A stretch of DNA of 63,902 bases, the filler included, from Octopus bimaculoides (lineage: Eukaryota), in NCBI RefSeq assembly GCF_001194135.2. It is 6 parts of 6 records of this genome, joined end to end, with 100 filler letters (N's around TTAATTAATTAA, not from the genome) between each part and the next. Parts side by side here need not be neighbours in the genome. Positions count along the whole stretch, not along the records: positions 22,076 to 52,807 come from NC_068982.1; positions 52,908 to 55,291 come from NC_069006.1; positions 55,392 to 59,223 come from NC_068995.1; 3 more parts are not named here. One strand, given 5' to 3'. The notes beneath the pieces were generated by a model, which had not been told where the DNA came from, searched no databases, and was given only the letters and a program-made list of their open reading frames with translations. Below are positions 46,337 to 57,976 of the stretch, one piece after another. Each line of letters opens with the position of its first letter. Position 1 is the first letter of the stretch. Position numbers and translations under genes: made by a program.

Positions 46337-47605
46337 TAGCTGATGTACCTGGTAATTCCCAGAAAATCGGGCTTATCCATTGGTCCCATTCTCATAATTG
46401 TTTCGCTAATCCAATAGCAACAATACAAAGTATGTAGCCCTTAAAACGTTTTTTGTGCATTTACAGAGAATACCGAACTGTCTTACATAGGATCTTGTTT
46501 TTTATGAATACCAAAATCGTGAAGTCAGTGTCTTTGTGGTAGAGTACATCTTTACAAAATATCAACACAGCTATCAATATAAATCAAGAAAGTGTTCCCA
46601 CATGTAAACAGCGTTATGACCTTTATGGAGACAGTGCAGATGACCAGTGGACGAAAAAGAAAAAAAAGACTTTAAATGGGTTATTTCCCCTTGGCCGTTA
46701 AAGGAAAATAAAGGGTACATCTTAAGAAAACATAAACACAGCTATCAGTATAAATTAAGAAGGTGATCCTACATGTAACCAGCACGCGAATTTTATGAGG
46801 GCAGATCAGATTGCTATGCTATTGATAGATAAATGGCAATTTCTGTCTGCTTGTGTGGTTGGTTGTTACATAAAGTACATCGTTACAAAACATTAACACA
46901 TCTAGCAATATAAATTAAGGTGTTCCTTCCTGTAAACAGGGTGTGACCTTTGTGATGACAATGCATTTGTCTAAAAGCAGAACAGTTCTCCATGCAGCGC
47001 CTGTCAATTGGCTGAAGTGACGTGAAAAGCATCATGATTCATGGTATATTCGTGAATAAATCACTAACGGAAATAAGTAGATTTATTGTTGACGAAAACA
47101 CTGGGTAAAGTGCGAAAATAACTCTAACATTTCAAATACTAAGAAATAAACACACTCAACTTGATTTATCCCAAATAAAATATATTTTGAAAATATTTTG
47201 CACGGTTGCCATGGGAACAGTACGTCAATGGTAAAATTTGCAAATAAGTTGTGGAATTGATATCTCCATAACCCATGGTCAAATTTTACTCAAATTTGTT
47301 TTAAATGAAAGAAATGTCATTAAATTTATATATTGACTTAGGACAGGGGCTTGATTAATAGCAAAATCATTGACTTTGTCTCACAACTTCTTGTAAGAAT
47401 GCCCACGTAATGTAGAACGCAAATTACCAGTGGACAAAAGAGAAAACTAAAAAAAAAAATAACGGGTTATTTCCCCTTGGCCGTTAAAGGCAAATACACG
47501 GGTTATATCTGGATCCCTTCTAGGGTCTAGAAGATTTATTAACGAAGATTCATTAACGGGTGTAAACGGCAACTTGACACAAACAAACAGACTGCCGTTT
47601 ATATA
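46336..47605 (-). mobile_element. Non-autonomous Helitron of about 1.27 kb, same family as 34868-35560
   Basis: Minus-strand 5' end ATATAAACGGCAGTCTG..GTGTCAAGTTGCCG as at 34870; 3' end CTGG-GAATTA-CCAG hairpin then CATCAG-CTAG|T at 46336; three internal copies of an about 75-bp unit (ACAC.GCTATCAATATAAATTAAG..GTGTTCC..CATGTAAAC). Confidence 0.75.
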
Positions 47606-47796
47606 CATACATACATACATACATACATACATACTTCACCTCATCAAACTTCAATATGTAAAAAATTTACAACCTTTCGCGTCAAAAAACTATTATTCTT
47701 GAAAATTGTTTTTTATACCTTCTACAGGCTGCTCGAAGTTTACTAAATTACTACATCGTTGGTCCTTGGCTCTTATCATTACACACACACACATAC

Positions 47797-47839
<43 letters not shown>

Positions 47840-48601
47840 NNNNNNNNNNNNNNNNNNNNNNNNNNNNNNNNNNNNNNNNNNNNNNNNNNNNNNNNNNNNN
47901 NNNNNNNNNNNNNNNNNNNNNNNNNNNNNNNNNNNNNNNNNNNNNNNNNNNNNNNNNNNNNNNNNNNNNNNNNNNNNNNNNNNNNNNNNNNNNNNNNNNN
48001 NNNNNNNNNNNNNNNNNNNNNNNNNNNNNNNNNNNNNNNNNNNNNNNNNNNNNNNNNNNNNNNNNNNNNNNNNNNNNNNNNNNNNNNNNNNNNNNNNNNN
48101 NNNNNNNNNNNNNNNNNNNNNNNNNNNNNNNNNNNNNNNNNNNNNNNNNNNNNNNNNNNNNNNNNNNNNNNNNNNNNNNNNNNNNNNNNNNNNNNNNNNN
48201 NNNNNNNNNNNNNNNNNNNNNNNNNNNNNNNNNNNNNNNNNNNNNNNNNNNNNNNNNNNNNNNNNNNNNNNNNNNNNNNNNNNNNNNNNNNNNNNNNNNN
48301 NNNNNNNNNNNNNNNNNNNNNNNNNNNNNNNNNNNNNNNNNNNNNNNNNNNNNNNNNNNNNNNNNNNNNNNNNNNNNNNNNNNNNNNNNNNNNNNNNNNN
48401 NNNNNNNNNNNNNNNNNNNNNNNNNNNNNNNNNNNNNNNNNNNNNNNNNNNNNNNNNNNNNNNNNNNNNNNNNNNNNNNNNNNNNNNNNNNNNNNNNNNN
48501 NNNNNNNNNNNNNNNNNNNNNNNNNNNNNNNNNNNNNNNNNNNNNNNNNNNNNNNNNNNNNNNNNNNNNNNNNNNNNNATATATATATATATATATACAT
48601 A

Positions 48602-50153
48602 CAGTAGAACCTCGCAGTTCGAGGGCACCATTGTACAAGTAATTTGCTGTACGAGTGGAAATCTACAGTACGAGCGGGTTTCATACAAGCGACCGCTAGT
48701 CGGTGCTGAGCGCGCACACGCTCTCTCTACAAGCGCACCCTCCGCTCGCTCAGGTCACGTATTCATGTCGTTGGGACAGCATCCCTTTGTGATTTTCTTA
48801 GTAATCTTTTTAGTCTTTGTGCGTTTTTTTTTTGCTGTTATTTTACAATAATTAGTTGTGTTAGCCATGGGTCTTAAGAAGGTTAGTACAAAGGACAGTT
48901 CTAGAAAGAAGAAAAAGCTGATAATGATAGAATTGTAGAAGGAAATCATTGATAAGCATAAGAGACCATATAGCACGTCAATACGTGTAGTGGATATAGC
49001 ATATCAATACGACCGAAGCATGCCGACGATCTGCATTAACCTGAAGAAAATGGACGAGATCAATACCTTTGCATGGCAAATGGTGTCTCCAGGCTCTCCA
49101 AGCAACGTACATCTGTCCACGAAGAGATGAAAAAATTGCTGCTGTGGATGAACGAGAAGCAACTTGCAGAGGATACGATTACGGAGACAATCATCTGCGA
49201 GAAAGCACGAGTGCTGTATGGGGATCTCCTGAAGCAGAACCCTGGAACATCAACAACAGAGGAGACATCAGCAGACGCATTTAAGGCCAGTCGCAGCTGG
49301 TTCGATAATTTCAAGAAGAGGTGTTCAGAGCGTCGTCAGGTATGGAGAAGCATCAAGTTCTGACACGAAGGCAGCTGAGGATTTCGTGCGTGAGTTCTTT
49401 CAGCTCATCGCAGCCGAGGGGTACATCGCACAACGTGTATCCAACTGTGATGAAACTGGCCTTTTTTTTCGGAGAAAATGCCCAGAAGAACCTACATAAC
49501 TGCAGAGAAGAAGAAAGTGCCAGGCCACAAGCCTATGAAAGATAGGCTAACTCTCGCTCTTTGTGCCAATGCGAGTTGAGACTTGAAGATTAAGTCCCTC
49601 CTTGTCTACCATTCCGAAAACCCATGAGCATTCAAGTCGCACAAAATCCCGAAGGAGAAGCTGCAGATCATGTGGAGGGCAAACGTTAAAGCCTGGATCA
49701 CCAAGCAATTCTTTACCGAGTGGGTCAACTTTATCTTTGGGACAGCAGTGAAAAAGTACCTTCTGGAGAACGATCTTCCTGTCAAGGCCGTCTTCATCCT
49801 CGACAATGCTCCTGCTCACCCTCCTAACTTCGAAGATGATATCCTGGACGAATTTAAATTCATAAAAGTTCTATACCTTTCGCGCAACACCACCCCTATC
49901 TTACCGCCCCTGAACCGACAGGTGATTTCTAATTTTAAGAAATTGTACACCAAACCCCTGTTTCGTTAGTGCTTTGAAGTCACCGAAAATACAAATCTAA
50001 TCATTCGTGAGTTTTGGAAGGTGCACTACAAAATTGTTAACTGCCTGAAAATCAGCTATATAGCCTGGCAGGGTGTAACGAGGAGAATGCTGAATTTTGT
50101 ATGGAGGAAACTGTGGCTTGACTGCGTATCAGAAAGAGACTTCGAGAGGTTTG
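48602..50153 (+). mobile_element. Tigger/pogo-family DNA transposon, defective; 3' end lost in the gap
   Basis: TA|CAGTAGAACCTCG Tigger-type TIR at 48602; transposase from ATG 48867. Confidence 0.92.
48867..50153 (+). pseudogene. Tigger/TIGD1-like transposase (CENP-B HTH plus DDE_1), multiple stops and frameshifts
   Basis: EEMKKLLLWMNEKQL..ICEKAR..FKASRSWFDNFKKR; NCDETGLF; PGHKPMKDRLTL; WRANVKAWIT; ILDNAPAHP; NTTPILPPLNRQVISNFK (third Asp appears as Asn). Confidence 0.93.
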
Positions 50154-50655
50154 NNNNNNNNNNNNNNNNNNNNNNNNNNNNNNNNNNNNNNNNNNNNNNN
50201 NNNNNNNNNNNNNNNNNNNNNNNNNNNNNNNNNNNNNNNNNNNNNNNNNNNNNNNNNNNNNNNNNNNNNNNNNNNNNNNNNNNNNNNNNNNNNNNNNNNN
50301 NNNNNNNNNNNNNNNNNNNNNNNNNNNNNNNNNNNNNNNNNNNNNNNNNNNNNNNNNNNNNNNNNNNNNNNNNNNNNNNNNNNNNNNNNNNNNNNNNNNN
50401 NNNNNNNNNNNNNNNNNNNNNNNNNNNNNNNNNNNNNNNNNNNNNNNNNNNNNNNNNNNNNNNNNNNNNNNNNNNNNNNNNNNNNNNNNNNNNNNNNNNN
50501 NNNNNNNNNNNNNNNNNCAGAGAATGCTAACTCTACGAGTGACATAAAGGCAGTGAACTTTCACACTTTTTCGAGATCAGTGAATTTTCGAGTCACTGGA
50601 AAAAGGATATATGTATTTGCATTGGGACTCTTTCGCATCGAAGATCGGTGATTGT

Positions 50656-50700
50656 CGTACGCTGACGAAGGGTAAATACCCAGAAACCCGGGTCCGTGTG
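50656..50700 (+). ncRNA. Near-canonical minimal type I hammerhead ribozyme
   Basis: CGUACG-CUGACGA-A-GGGU(AAAU)ACCC-A-GAAA-CCCGG-GUC/CGUGUG: intact CUGANGA and GAAA, GUC cleavage triplet, 6-bp stem I with two G-U pairs, self-complementary ACCCGGGU stem III. Confidence 0.75.
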
Positions 50701-51299
50701 TATCACGTCAGATCGACGATGGGAAGGATGACTTCCATTTGCAAATACCGACAGGGCACAGAAAGTGTGTCAATAGCCAGCTGGAGGAGATGTTCTCCTG
50801 GGGCTACAAGCTACAGTAGCATTCACCCTTAGTGGTTAGCCGCATTTAAGTGGCAAATATACTTCACGTTGTCGTGCAGTTACTATTTATACCTCGTTCA
50901 GAGAATTAACAAAGATTCTTCATATTTCGTTGGTAGCTTACTGGCGTAAGATTTTTGCGAATATGAAATTATTACATGTATATGGTAGTGATGAGAAGTT
51001 ATGGAAAGGTATCCCATAGAAAACTCAACAAACTCTTAAAGATGGAGAAGAGAAGATGTTAAAATTTAAAAAAGAATTTTAATACATACATACGATCGTT
51101 TCGAACAGCAATATTAACATGTAAATAACATGGTAGAATAATTAGAAATTAATTCAATTGAATTGAATTAATTACATATTACTGTTCTCCTCAGTGCAAA
51201 AAAGAATACATCAAAAAATTATTATTGTTACAGAAAACTTGATGGAGGGAGTAGCAAATAACGTATTTGAATATATATATTTTATCCTTATGAAAGATC

Positions 51300-51545
51300 A
51301 AGAGCATACTAAGAAAAGTGTTGCTGAGTCTAGTTGTGAAAATGTGGACTTTCGAATCTATTGGATGGTACAGAAGTTGACTGCCTATAGAATGACATAG
51401 ATGACGAAGAAGTGGATGATATACTACCTCTAAATATGGACAGCGAAGATGAAGATGAAGAGAATCTTGCGATGATATCGTTCATCTTGATGGTTATAAA
51501 GCTTTATTCGGTACTGAAGACGATGAACAGTGTGATTTTTTAGGA
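51300..51545 (+). pseudogene. Probable decayed C-terminal acidic tail of a pogo-like transposase
   Basis: SNLLDGTEVDCL* ... DDEEVDD..DSEDEDEE ... LFGTEDDEQCDFLGL* resembles the SNxxDGTEDD and FxGF* end motifs of pogo-like transposases. Confidence 0.5.
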
Positions 51546-52615
51546 CTTTAATGAACTTTTGCGCGTAAAATATTTAAGATGTACCATGTACCATAATTGT
51601 AATTTAAAGCTGTATTACCGTAAATTTCTACTTCCCTTTTTGTTTGCATAAATAAAAAATCGATAATTTATTGGTTTTTATTGATATTATTATTTTGATA
51701 TTTGTTGTATATTTGGGCTGTGTGTGTGCATATATGTATATACGCATACACGTACATGTGTGTGTGTGTGTGTGTGTGTGCGTGTGTGTGCGCGCGCGTG
51801 CGTGGGTGTTTATTGTTTAAGTCTATCATGGCTATTTTATCTTGTTTTAAGAGTTTTGGGTGTGACTTGGAAGAGATTTAGTTGCTATTTCTTGAATTTC
51901 TAACAACCATAAAAAGATTCCGTCGTTGATTCACGTATTGCGTTTGGTTATTTTGTGGTACAAGACCATACAAATTCTCAATTAACACTTCTGTTAGACG
52001 TATATCAAATCTGATATAAGATTATTCATATAGTCAATATCAAATATAGCATCCTGATATTTAATCGAAATTCCCGGTATACTGTGACATCTGTCTTTCA
52101 GAGAAGTTTCATATTATTTACCTCGTTCTAGAAAAAGGAAAAAGAACCGAGCTCATCTGAACCTACCGAAACAGGTAAAAATTCCTTTGATGGATTTCAA
52201 ATCAGATCCTCAGGTGTATGAAGAAATAAAGAAGAAAAAAATTCAAATTTACTTGAAAGCACAATGAACACAATTTAAACAGTTATTAGTCACCTCTGTG
52301 CCATCAGCTGATGTGTACTGATGCTCAAAAAGGTGCTTTACATATGAAAAGGTGCTTTACACATGCACGTATAAATGCATGCACACTCACACCCACCCAC
52401 ACGCACACACACATACATACATACACACAAATGTATGCAGGCACATTCACATATATACACATGCATTTACACATTTAACACTTTACAAGCATCTATTTAA
52501 TACTTGTTCGCAATCAAATAACACGAACATAGAATTAAATGGAAGGTGACTCACTCCACAACGCTTATGGTTCATAGAAATTGTCAAAGGAATTCTCTTT
52601 AAGGGGAATAATATC

Positions 52616-52670
<55 letters not shown>

Positions 52671-52807
52671 GTTGTCAGATAAATAATTCGTTGTGGTATT
52701 TTTTCTAATTGGTACTCCATCGCCCTATGTTTTCAAAAGAGATAAAATTTATTCAGATTTCAAAAACGATAAAAGTTGTAGAGAAAGTTTAGAATGACTA
52801 AAACAAA

Positions 52808-52907
52808 NNNNNNNNNNNNNNNNNNNNNNNNNNNNNNNNNNNNNNNNNNNNTTAATTAATTAANNNNNNNNNNNNNNNNNNNNNNNNNNNNNNNNNNNNN
52901 NNNNNNN
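52808..52907. other. Artificial 100-bp scaffold spacer
   Basis: N44-TTAATTAATTAA(52852-52863)-N44. Confidence 0.95.
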
Positions 52908-52998
52908 CCCCCATCTCTCTCTCTCTTCTCTCCCCCATCTCTCTCTCTCTTCTCTCCCCCATCTCTCTCTCTCTTCTCTCCCCCATCTCTCTCTCTCT
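52908..52998. repeat. About 24-bp tandem repeat CCCCCATCTCTCTCTCTCTTCTCT, about 4 copies
   Basis: Directly visible. Confidence 0.9.
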
Positions 52999-53274
52999 AA
53001 ACTTCTTAATCTTGTGTCCAGCAAAGCCTTTTTGTTTTTTGCAAATCACATGATGTTATAAATCCTCTTTCTTTTTCTTTCCTCTTTCTTTTTCTTTCCT
53101 CTTCTTTTTCTTCTTCTTTTGTACCTTCTCCTCCTCCTCCTTCTTTTCATCATGTGATATAGCTTTGCTTTACTTATTTATTTATTTGTTACACACACAC
53201 ACACACACGCATGCGCACACACACAGTTTTTGATGGTTGAACTTGAAGTTTCTAGATTTTTATTACGTAAACAA

Positions 53275-53456
53275 GGAGTGGCTGTGTGGTAAGAAGCTTG
53301 CTTCCCAGCCACATTATTCCGGGTTCAGTTCCACTGCATGGCACCTTGGGAGAGGTGTTCTCTGTTATAGCCTCAGGCCGACCAAAACTTTGTGAATGGC
53401 TTTGTGTAGATGGAAACCGAAAGAAGCCTGTCATATATATGTGTGTATTTGTGTGT

Positions 53457-53490
<34 letters not shown>
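53275..53490 (+). mobile_element. SINE family A 5' half ending in (TG)n
   Basis: GGAGTGGCTGTGTGGTAAGAAGCTTGCTTCCCAGCCAC..CCGGGTTCAGTTCCACTGCATGGCACCTTGGG.. Confidence 0.85.
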
Positions 53491-53495
<5 letters not shown>

Positions 53496-53633
53496 CCCCC
53501 CCCCACCACCACCACCACCACAATTGAATTTTAACAAGAGAGGATGGAATGAACAAGTTTTATTACAAATCATATTTGTACTAAACCCTATTCATTCTAT
53601 CTCTCATTAAAATTTGTGTGTGTGTGTGTGTGT

Positions 53634-53775
53634 ATCGCTCAGTGGTTAGCGCATCAAGCTTACGATCGTGAGGTTGTGAGTTCGATTCCTGGACTGGGCT
53701 GCGTGCTGTGTTCTTGAGCAAGACACTTTATTTCACGTCGCTCCAGTTCACTCAGCTGTAGGAGTGAGTTGCGAA
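53634..53775 (+). mobile_element. tRNA-derived SINE family C
   Basis: A box TCGCTCAGTGG, B box GAGTTCGATTCC, CORE-like TGTGTTCTTGAGCAAGACACTTTA, then CTCCAGTTCACTCAGCTGTA. Confidence 0.75.
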
Positions 53776-54244
53776 TAAGAGACAGGATGATGGTCTGTTG
53801 TAATTGGAACATCTGTCGATCATAGACCTACTCAAGTTAATCATCTCTGACCTAGGGCTACACATAAGCACTTGGCTTTGTGGTGGAGGGGGCGGGAGGT
53901 GTGATCAAATGGTGTTCTTACCTGCAATTATTGAACAACTTGGCCAAATGCCAATGTTAAGTAAGACATTCTCTCTCTTTCTTCCCTCTCTTTCCTTCTC
54001 TCTCTCTCTTTCTCCCCTCTCTTTCTTTCTCTGTCTGTCTGTCTCTTTCTCTCACTTGTTCTCTCTCTCTCTCTCTTTCTCTTTCTATATGTTTCTCTTC
54101 CTCCTCTCTCTCTTTCTCCCCCCCTCTCTCTAATCTTAACTCTATTTAATAGGTCATTTACTCGTTAGCTTTAAGCTACACTAATTTAAGAATCATTTAC
54201 CTGTTTCTGCTTAATTAATACCAAGTGACGTTCAACGGAGTAAC

Positions 54245-54500
54245 GTGTTGTCGTTGTTGCTGTTGTTGTTGTTGTTGTATAGCTCCTGGGTCAGCCTTGA
54301 TCCGGCAGAGCTACAATCAAATGTGTTCTGGTTGTGACCTTCTCTTCGCTAATTCACTTATGTTGCTGTTTAGCCCCAGGTCAGTCCTTCTCAGGGAGTA
54401 GACCTACAATGAAAGGCAATCCAGTTGTGCCCATCCTATCGTTTAGCCCTGATCCAGCAAACATGTGATAAACTGCAATCCAACTGAAGCCCATCGCATA
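54245..54500 (-). repeat. Three head-to-tail degenerate copies of a short retroposon-tail-like unit ending in (AAC)n on the minus strand
   Basis: GTTGTATAGCTCCTGGGTCAGCCTTGATC (about 54275), GCTGTTTAGCCCCAGGTCAGTCC (about 54365), CGTTTAGCCCTGATCCAGC (about 54440). Confidence 0.6.
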
Positions 54501-54524
54501 TGTGTGTGTGTGTGTGAGTGTGTA

Positions 54525-54720
54525 TATCTTTGTGTCTGTGTTTGCCCCCCACCACTGCCTGACAACTAGTGTTGGTGTGTTTACATCCCCTGTAACTTAG
54601 CGGTTCAGCAAAAAAGACTGATAGAATAAAAGTTTTGGGGTTGATTTATTTGACTGAAAAATTCTTCAATGTGGTGCTCCAGCATAGCGACAGTCTAATG
54701 ACTTAAACAAGTAAAAATAG
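54525..54720 (+). mobile_element. SINE family A 3' half
   Basis: GTGTTTGCCCCCCACCACTGCCTGACAACTAGTGTTGG..TAACTTAGCGGTTCAGC..GTGCTCCAGCATAGCGACAGTCTAATGACTTAAACAAGTAAAA. Confidence 0.85.
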
Positions 54721-54744
54721 AAAAAACAAAATGATAAAGATATG

Positions 54745-54897
54745 ACAGGCTTCTTTCAGTTTCCGTCTACCAAATCCACTCACAAGGCTTTGGTCGGCCC
54801 AAGGCTATAGCAGAAGACACTTGCCCAAGGTGCCACTCAGTGGGACTGAACCCGGAACCATGTGGCTGGTAAGCAAGCTTCTGTACCCCAGCACCAC
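54745..54897 (-). mobile_element. SINE family A 5' half
   Basis: GGCTTCTTTCAGTTTCCGTCTACCAAATCCACTCACAAGGCTTTGGTCGGCCC..GGGACTGAACCCGGAACCATGTGG. Confidence 0.9.
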
Positions 54898-55009
54898 ATC
54901 CATGTATGTATCATCCCAATTGCATGGTAAACATTTTGTTGCTACGGTGAATGGCATCAACATCTTTCATATTGCGTAGCTGTTGGCTGTTGGCTGAGTT
55001 TCTATGAGG

Positions 55010-55291
55010 TCATGTTTGTGTGTGTGTGTGTGTGTTATGTATGTGTGTGTGTGTGTTATGTATGTGTGTGTGTGTGTGTGTTATGTATGTGTGTGTGTAT
55101 TGTGTGTTATGTATATGTGTGTGTTATGTATGTATGTATGTATGTATGTGTGTGTTATGTATGTGTGTGTATGTATGTATGTGTGTGTATGTATGTGTGT
55201 GTATGTACATATGTTGTATATACATTTGTATGTATGTACATATGTTGTATATACATTTGTATGTATGTACATATGTTGTATATACATTTGT
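55010..55291. repeat. Compound (TG)n/(TATG)n microsatellite and a 3-copy tandem of ATGTACATATGTTGTATATACATTTGT
   Basis: Directly visible. Confidence 0.9.
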
Positions 55292-55391
55292 NNNNNNNNN
55301 NNNNNNNNNNNNNNNNNNNNNNNNNNNNNNNNNNNTTAATTAATTAANNNNNNNNNNNNNNNNNNNNNNNNNNNNNNNNNNNNNNNNNNNN
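55292..55391. other. Artificial 100-bp scaffold spacer
   Basis: N44-TTAATTAATTAA(55336-55347)-N44. Confidence 0.95.
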
Positions 55392-56034
55392 GACCAAGAG
55401 GTTGTCGGCTCGTTTGAAGGAGGGGAGGGGTCGATTAGGGAAGATGTGGGAGGTGGAGGGGTCGGACTGGAGTCGCCGAAAAGCTCGGAGAATGGAGCGT
55501 TGGAGGGGTAGGGTGGTGGGATGGTAGGTGAGGGGGAAGGGAGGCGGGAAACGGCAGGGCGAGTTCGGGGGGAGAGGGCAGATGCACGGTCCACAGAACG
55601 TGCTCTGGTAAGGGTTGTGTGGATGGTGGTGGGTGGATATCCTCGCAAGCTAAAGTGGCGAGCCATGAGTTGAGACTGCGTCTCAAAGGCATGGTTGTCG
55701 CTACAAAGTCTGCGTAGACGGAGGAATTTGGAATAGGGGATGGAAAGTTTGGTGTGTCTAGGGTGGGAGGAGGAGAAGTTGAGATAGGAGTGTGAGTCTG
55801 TGTGTTTGTAGTGGATGGAAGTTCTAAGGGCGGAGTGGAGGATGCTGACCGAAATGTCGAGAAAGGGGACAGAGGTGTCAGAAACAGTACAGGAGAAGTG
55901 GAGGGCAGGATGGAAAGACTGAACGAAAGAGAGGAACGAGTCAAGATGTTCGCGGGAGAGTGAGGTGGCACCGATACAGTCGTCGATATACCGACCGTAT
56001 AGTTCGGGAGTAGGACCAGTGAAACTGGAGAATA
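55392..56034 (-). pseudogene. Penelope-like element reverse transcriptase (RT domain 5 to thumb/linker), one frameshift
   Basis: YGRYIDDCIG; FVQSFHPALHF; VPFLDISV; TSIHYKHTDSHSYLNFSSSHPRHTKLSIPYSKFLRLRRLCS; FSLRGYP; after the frameshift LTYHP...PLPSFKR..NL. Bounded by a spacer and a gap. Confidence 0.93.
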
Positions 56035-56497
56035 NNNNNNNNNNNNNNNNNNNNNNNNNNNNNNNNNNNNNNNNNNNNNNNNNNNNNNNNNNNNNNNNNN
56101 NNNNNNNNNNNNNNNNNNNNNNNNNNNNNNNNNNNNNNNNNNNNNNNNNNNNNNNNNNNNNNNNNNNNNNNNNNNNNNNNNNNNNNNNNNNNNNNNNNNN
56201 NNNNNNNNNNNNNNNNNNNNNNNNNNNNNNNNNNNNNNNNNNNNNNNNNNNNNNNNNNNNNNNNNNNNNNNNNNNNNNNNNNNNNNNNNNNNNNNNNNNN
56301 NNNNNNNNNNNNNNNNNNNNNNNNNNNNNNNNNNNNNNNNNNNNNNNNNNNNNNNNNNNNNNNNNNNNNNNNNNNNNNNNNNNNNNNNNNNNNNNNNNNN
56401 NNNNNNNNNNNNNNNNNNNNNNNNNNNNNNNNNNNNNNNNNNNNNNNNNNNNNNNNNNNNNNNNNNNNNNNNNNNNNNNNNNNNNNNNNNNNNNNNN

Positions 56498-56531
<34 letters not shown>

Positions 56532-57976
56532 GAGAAAGAGAGAGGTGGGGAGGGTAAATTAAAGATTAATGGAGCGGACGGGGTACAGCAAAAAACATTT
56601 ATTAGCACAACAATGGTTTCGGCTTCAAGTTGCACCGCTCCGTAGAGGCCGTGAAATGATGCAATAATACCAAATGCAACGCACAGTGCAAAAGAGCCTC
56701 TTCAGGTGGGATAATAATCTCATGAGTACCCAGATTTTCAGTTCGATTTTGCCTCAGAGCAAATGGTGATATTGAGAGATTCTACCAGTTCGGATGCATG
56801 TGTGCCAGTGAGGAAAATTTGGCTAGGAATTAAAATTCAAATCATTTAACATGAATCGGGCGGGGTGTTAATACTTGTGGTCATGGTTAATACTAGCTAA
56901 AAATAAAAGAAAATAAAAATAAAGAATATAAAAAAATTGGTGTATGTAGAGGTGTATTAGATTAGGCGGTCCACTATTTGTAAACTTTGGATTTCTGTGT
57001 GTTATGGCAGTCAAGCATGACGGCATGGTGAGATTCAGGCCTTCTGACCGTGTGGCTGCGAATGTTTAACCACACGCACAAATACACCCACTCATTCATA
57101 AGTATACTTGTGCGCGCACGCCTGTATAGATTCACACGTATGTGTCCGCCAACACACACGTGCGCACACGTATACACATGTATAAGTACCCACCCACATC
57201 AGTCAAACTACTAACAGGTACAGACATTCATTTCCTGCCATACACATAGACATACGCACGGTCGAATATAATGCTCGAACGCACGGAGTGGTCCCTCGAT
57301 ACCCACACGAGCACCGACCAGTACACGCACATATAGAGATGCATACACACACACACACACTCATGAGTACACTCTTACGCTCACGTACGCTTCCGCACAC
57401 AGATATGCGCACAATCACACACATATATATACACACATACACGGGTACATAGAGGCCAACCCCTGTACATACGCACATACTGACACACAAGCCTATATTT
57501 ACGTACGCGTAGATACGCACACACACACACAGACACATATATATACAGGCACATGCACACACACACAGCCACCCATGCGTGTGAGGACATACCGGCACAC
57601 AATCGTATGTATACGTACATATACGACCGCACACCTATACACACACTTGCCCACATATATATAAGCAAATTAAATACATTAAATATAGTAAATATATAAC
57701 GTACATAAAATACAAAATATGTATAAAGGTATTCATGCTAAAGGAAAGAAAACAAAAGGTGGACACTTTCANNNNNNNNNNNNNNNNNNNNNNNNNNNNN
57801 NNNNNNNNNNNNNNNNNNNNNNNNNNNNNNNNNNNNNNNNNNNNNNNNNNNNNNNNNNNNNNNNNNNNNNNNNNNNNNNNNNNNNNNNNNNNNNNNNNNN
57901 NNNNNNNNNNNNNNNNNNNNNNNNNNNNNNNNNNNNNNNNNNNNNNNNNNNNNNNNNNNNNNNNNNNNNNNNNNNN

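Noticed and set aside
1238-48851. Long ORFs of 200-460 aa spanning N-runs
   Set aside because: They are open only because N codons are not stops; the flanks are (TA)n/(TG)n.
56595-56650. Hammerhead-like motif upstream of the Penelope RT (minus strand, GCC-GAAAC)
   Set aside because: No CUGANGA core and poor stem II; at most a heavily decayed remnant.
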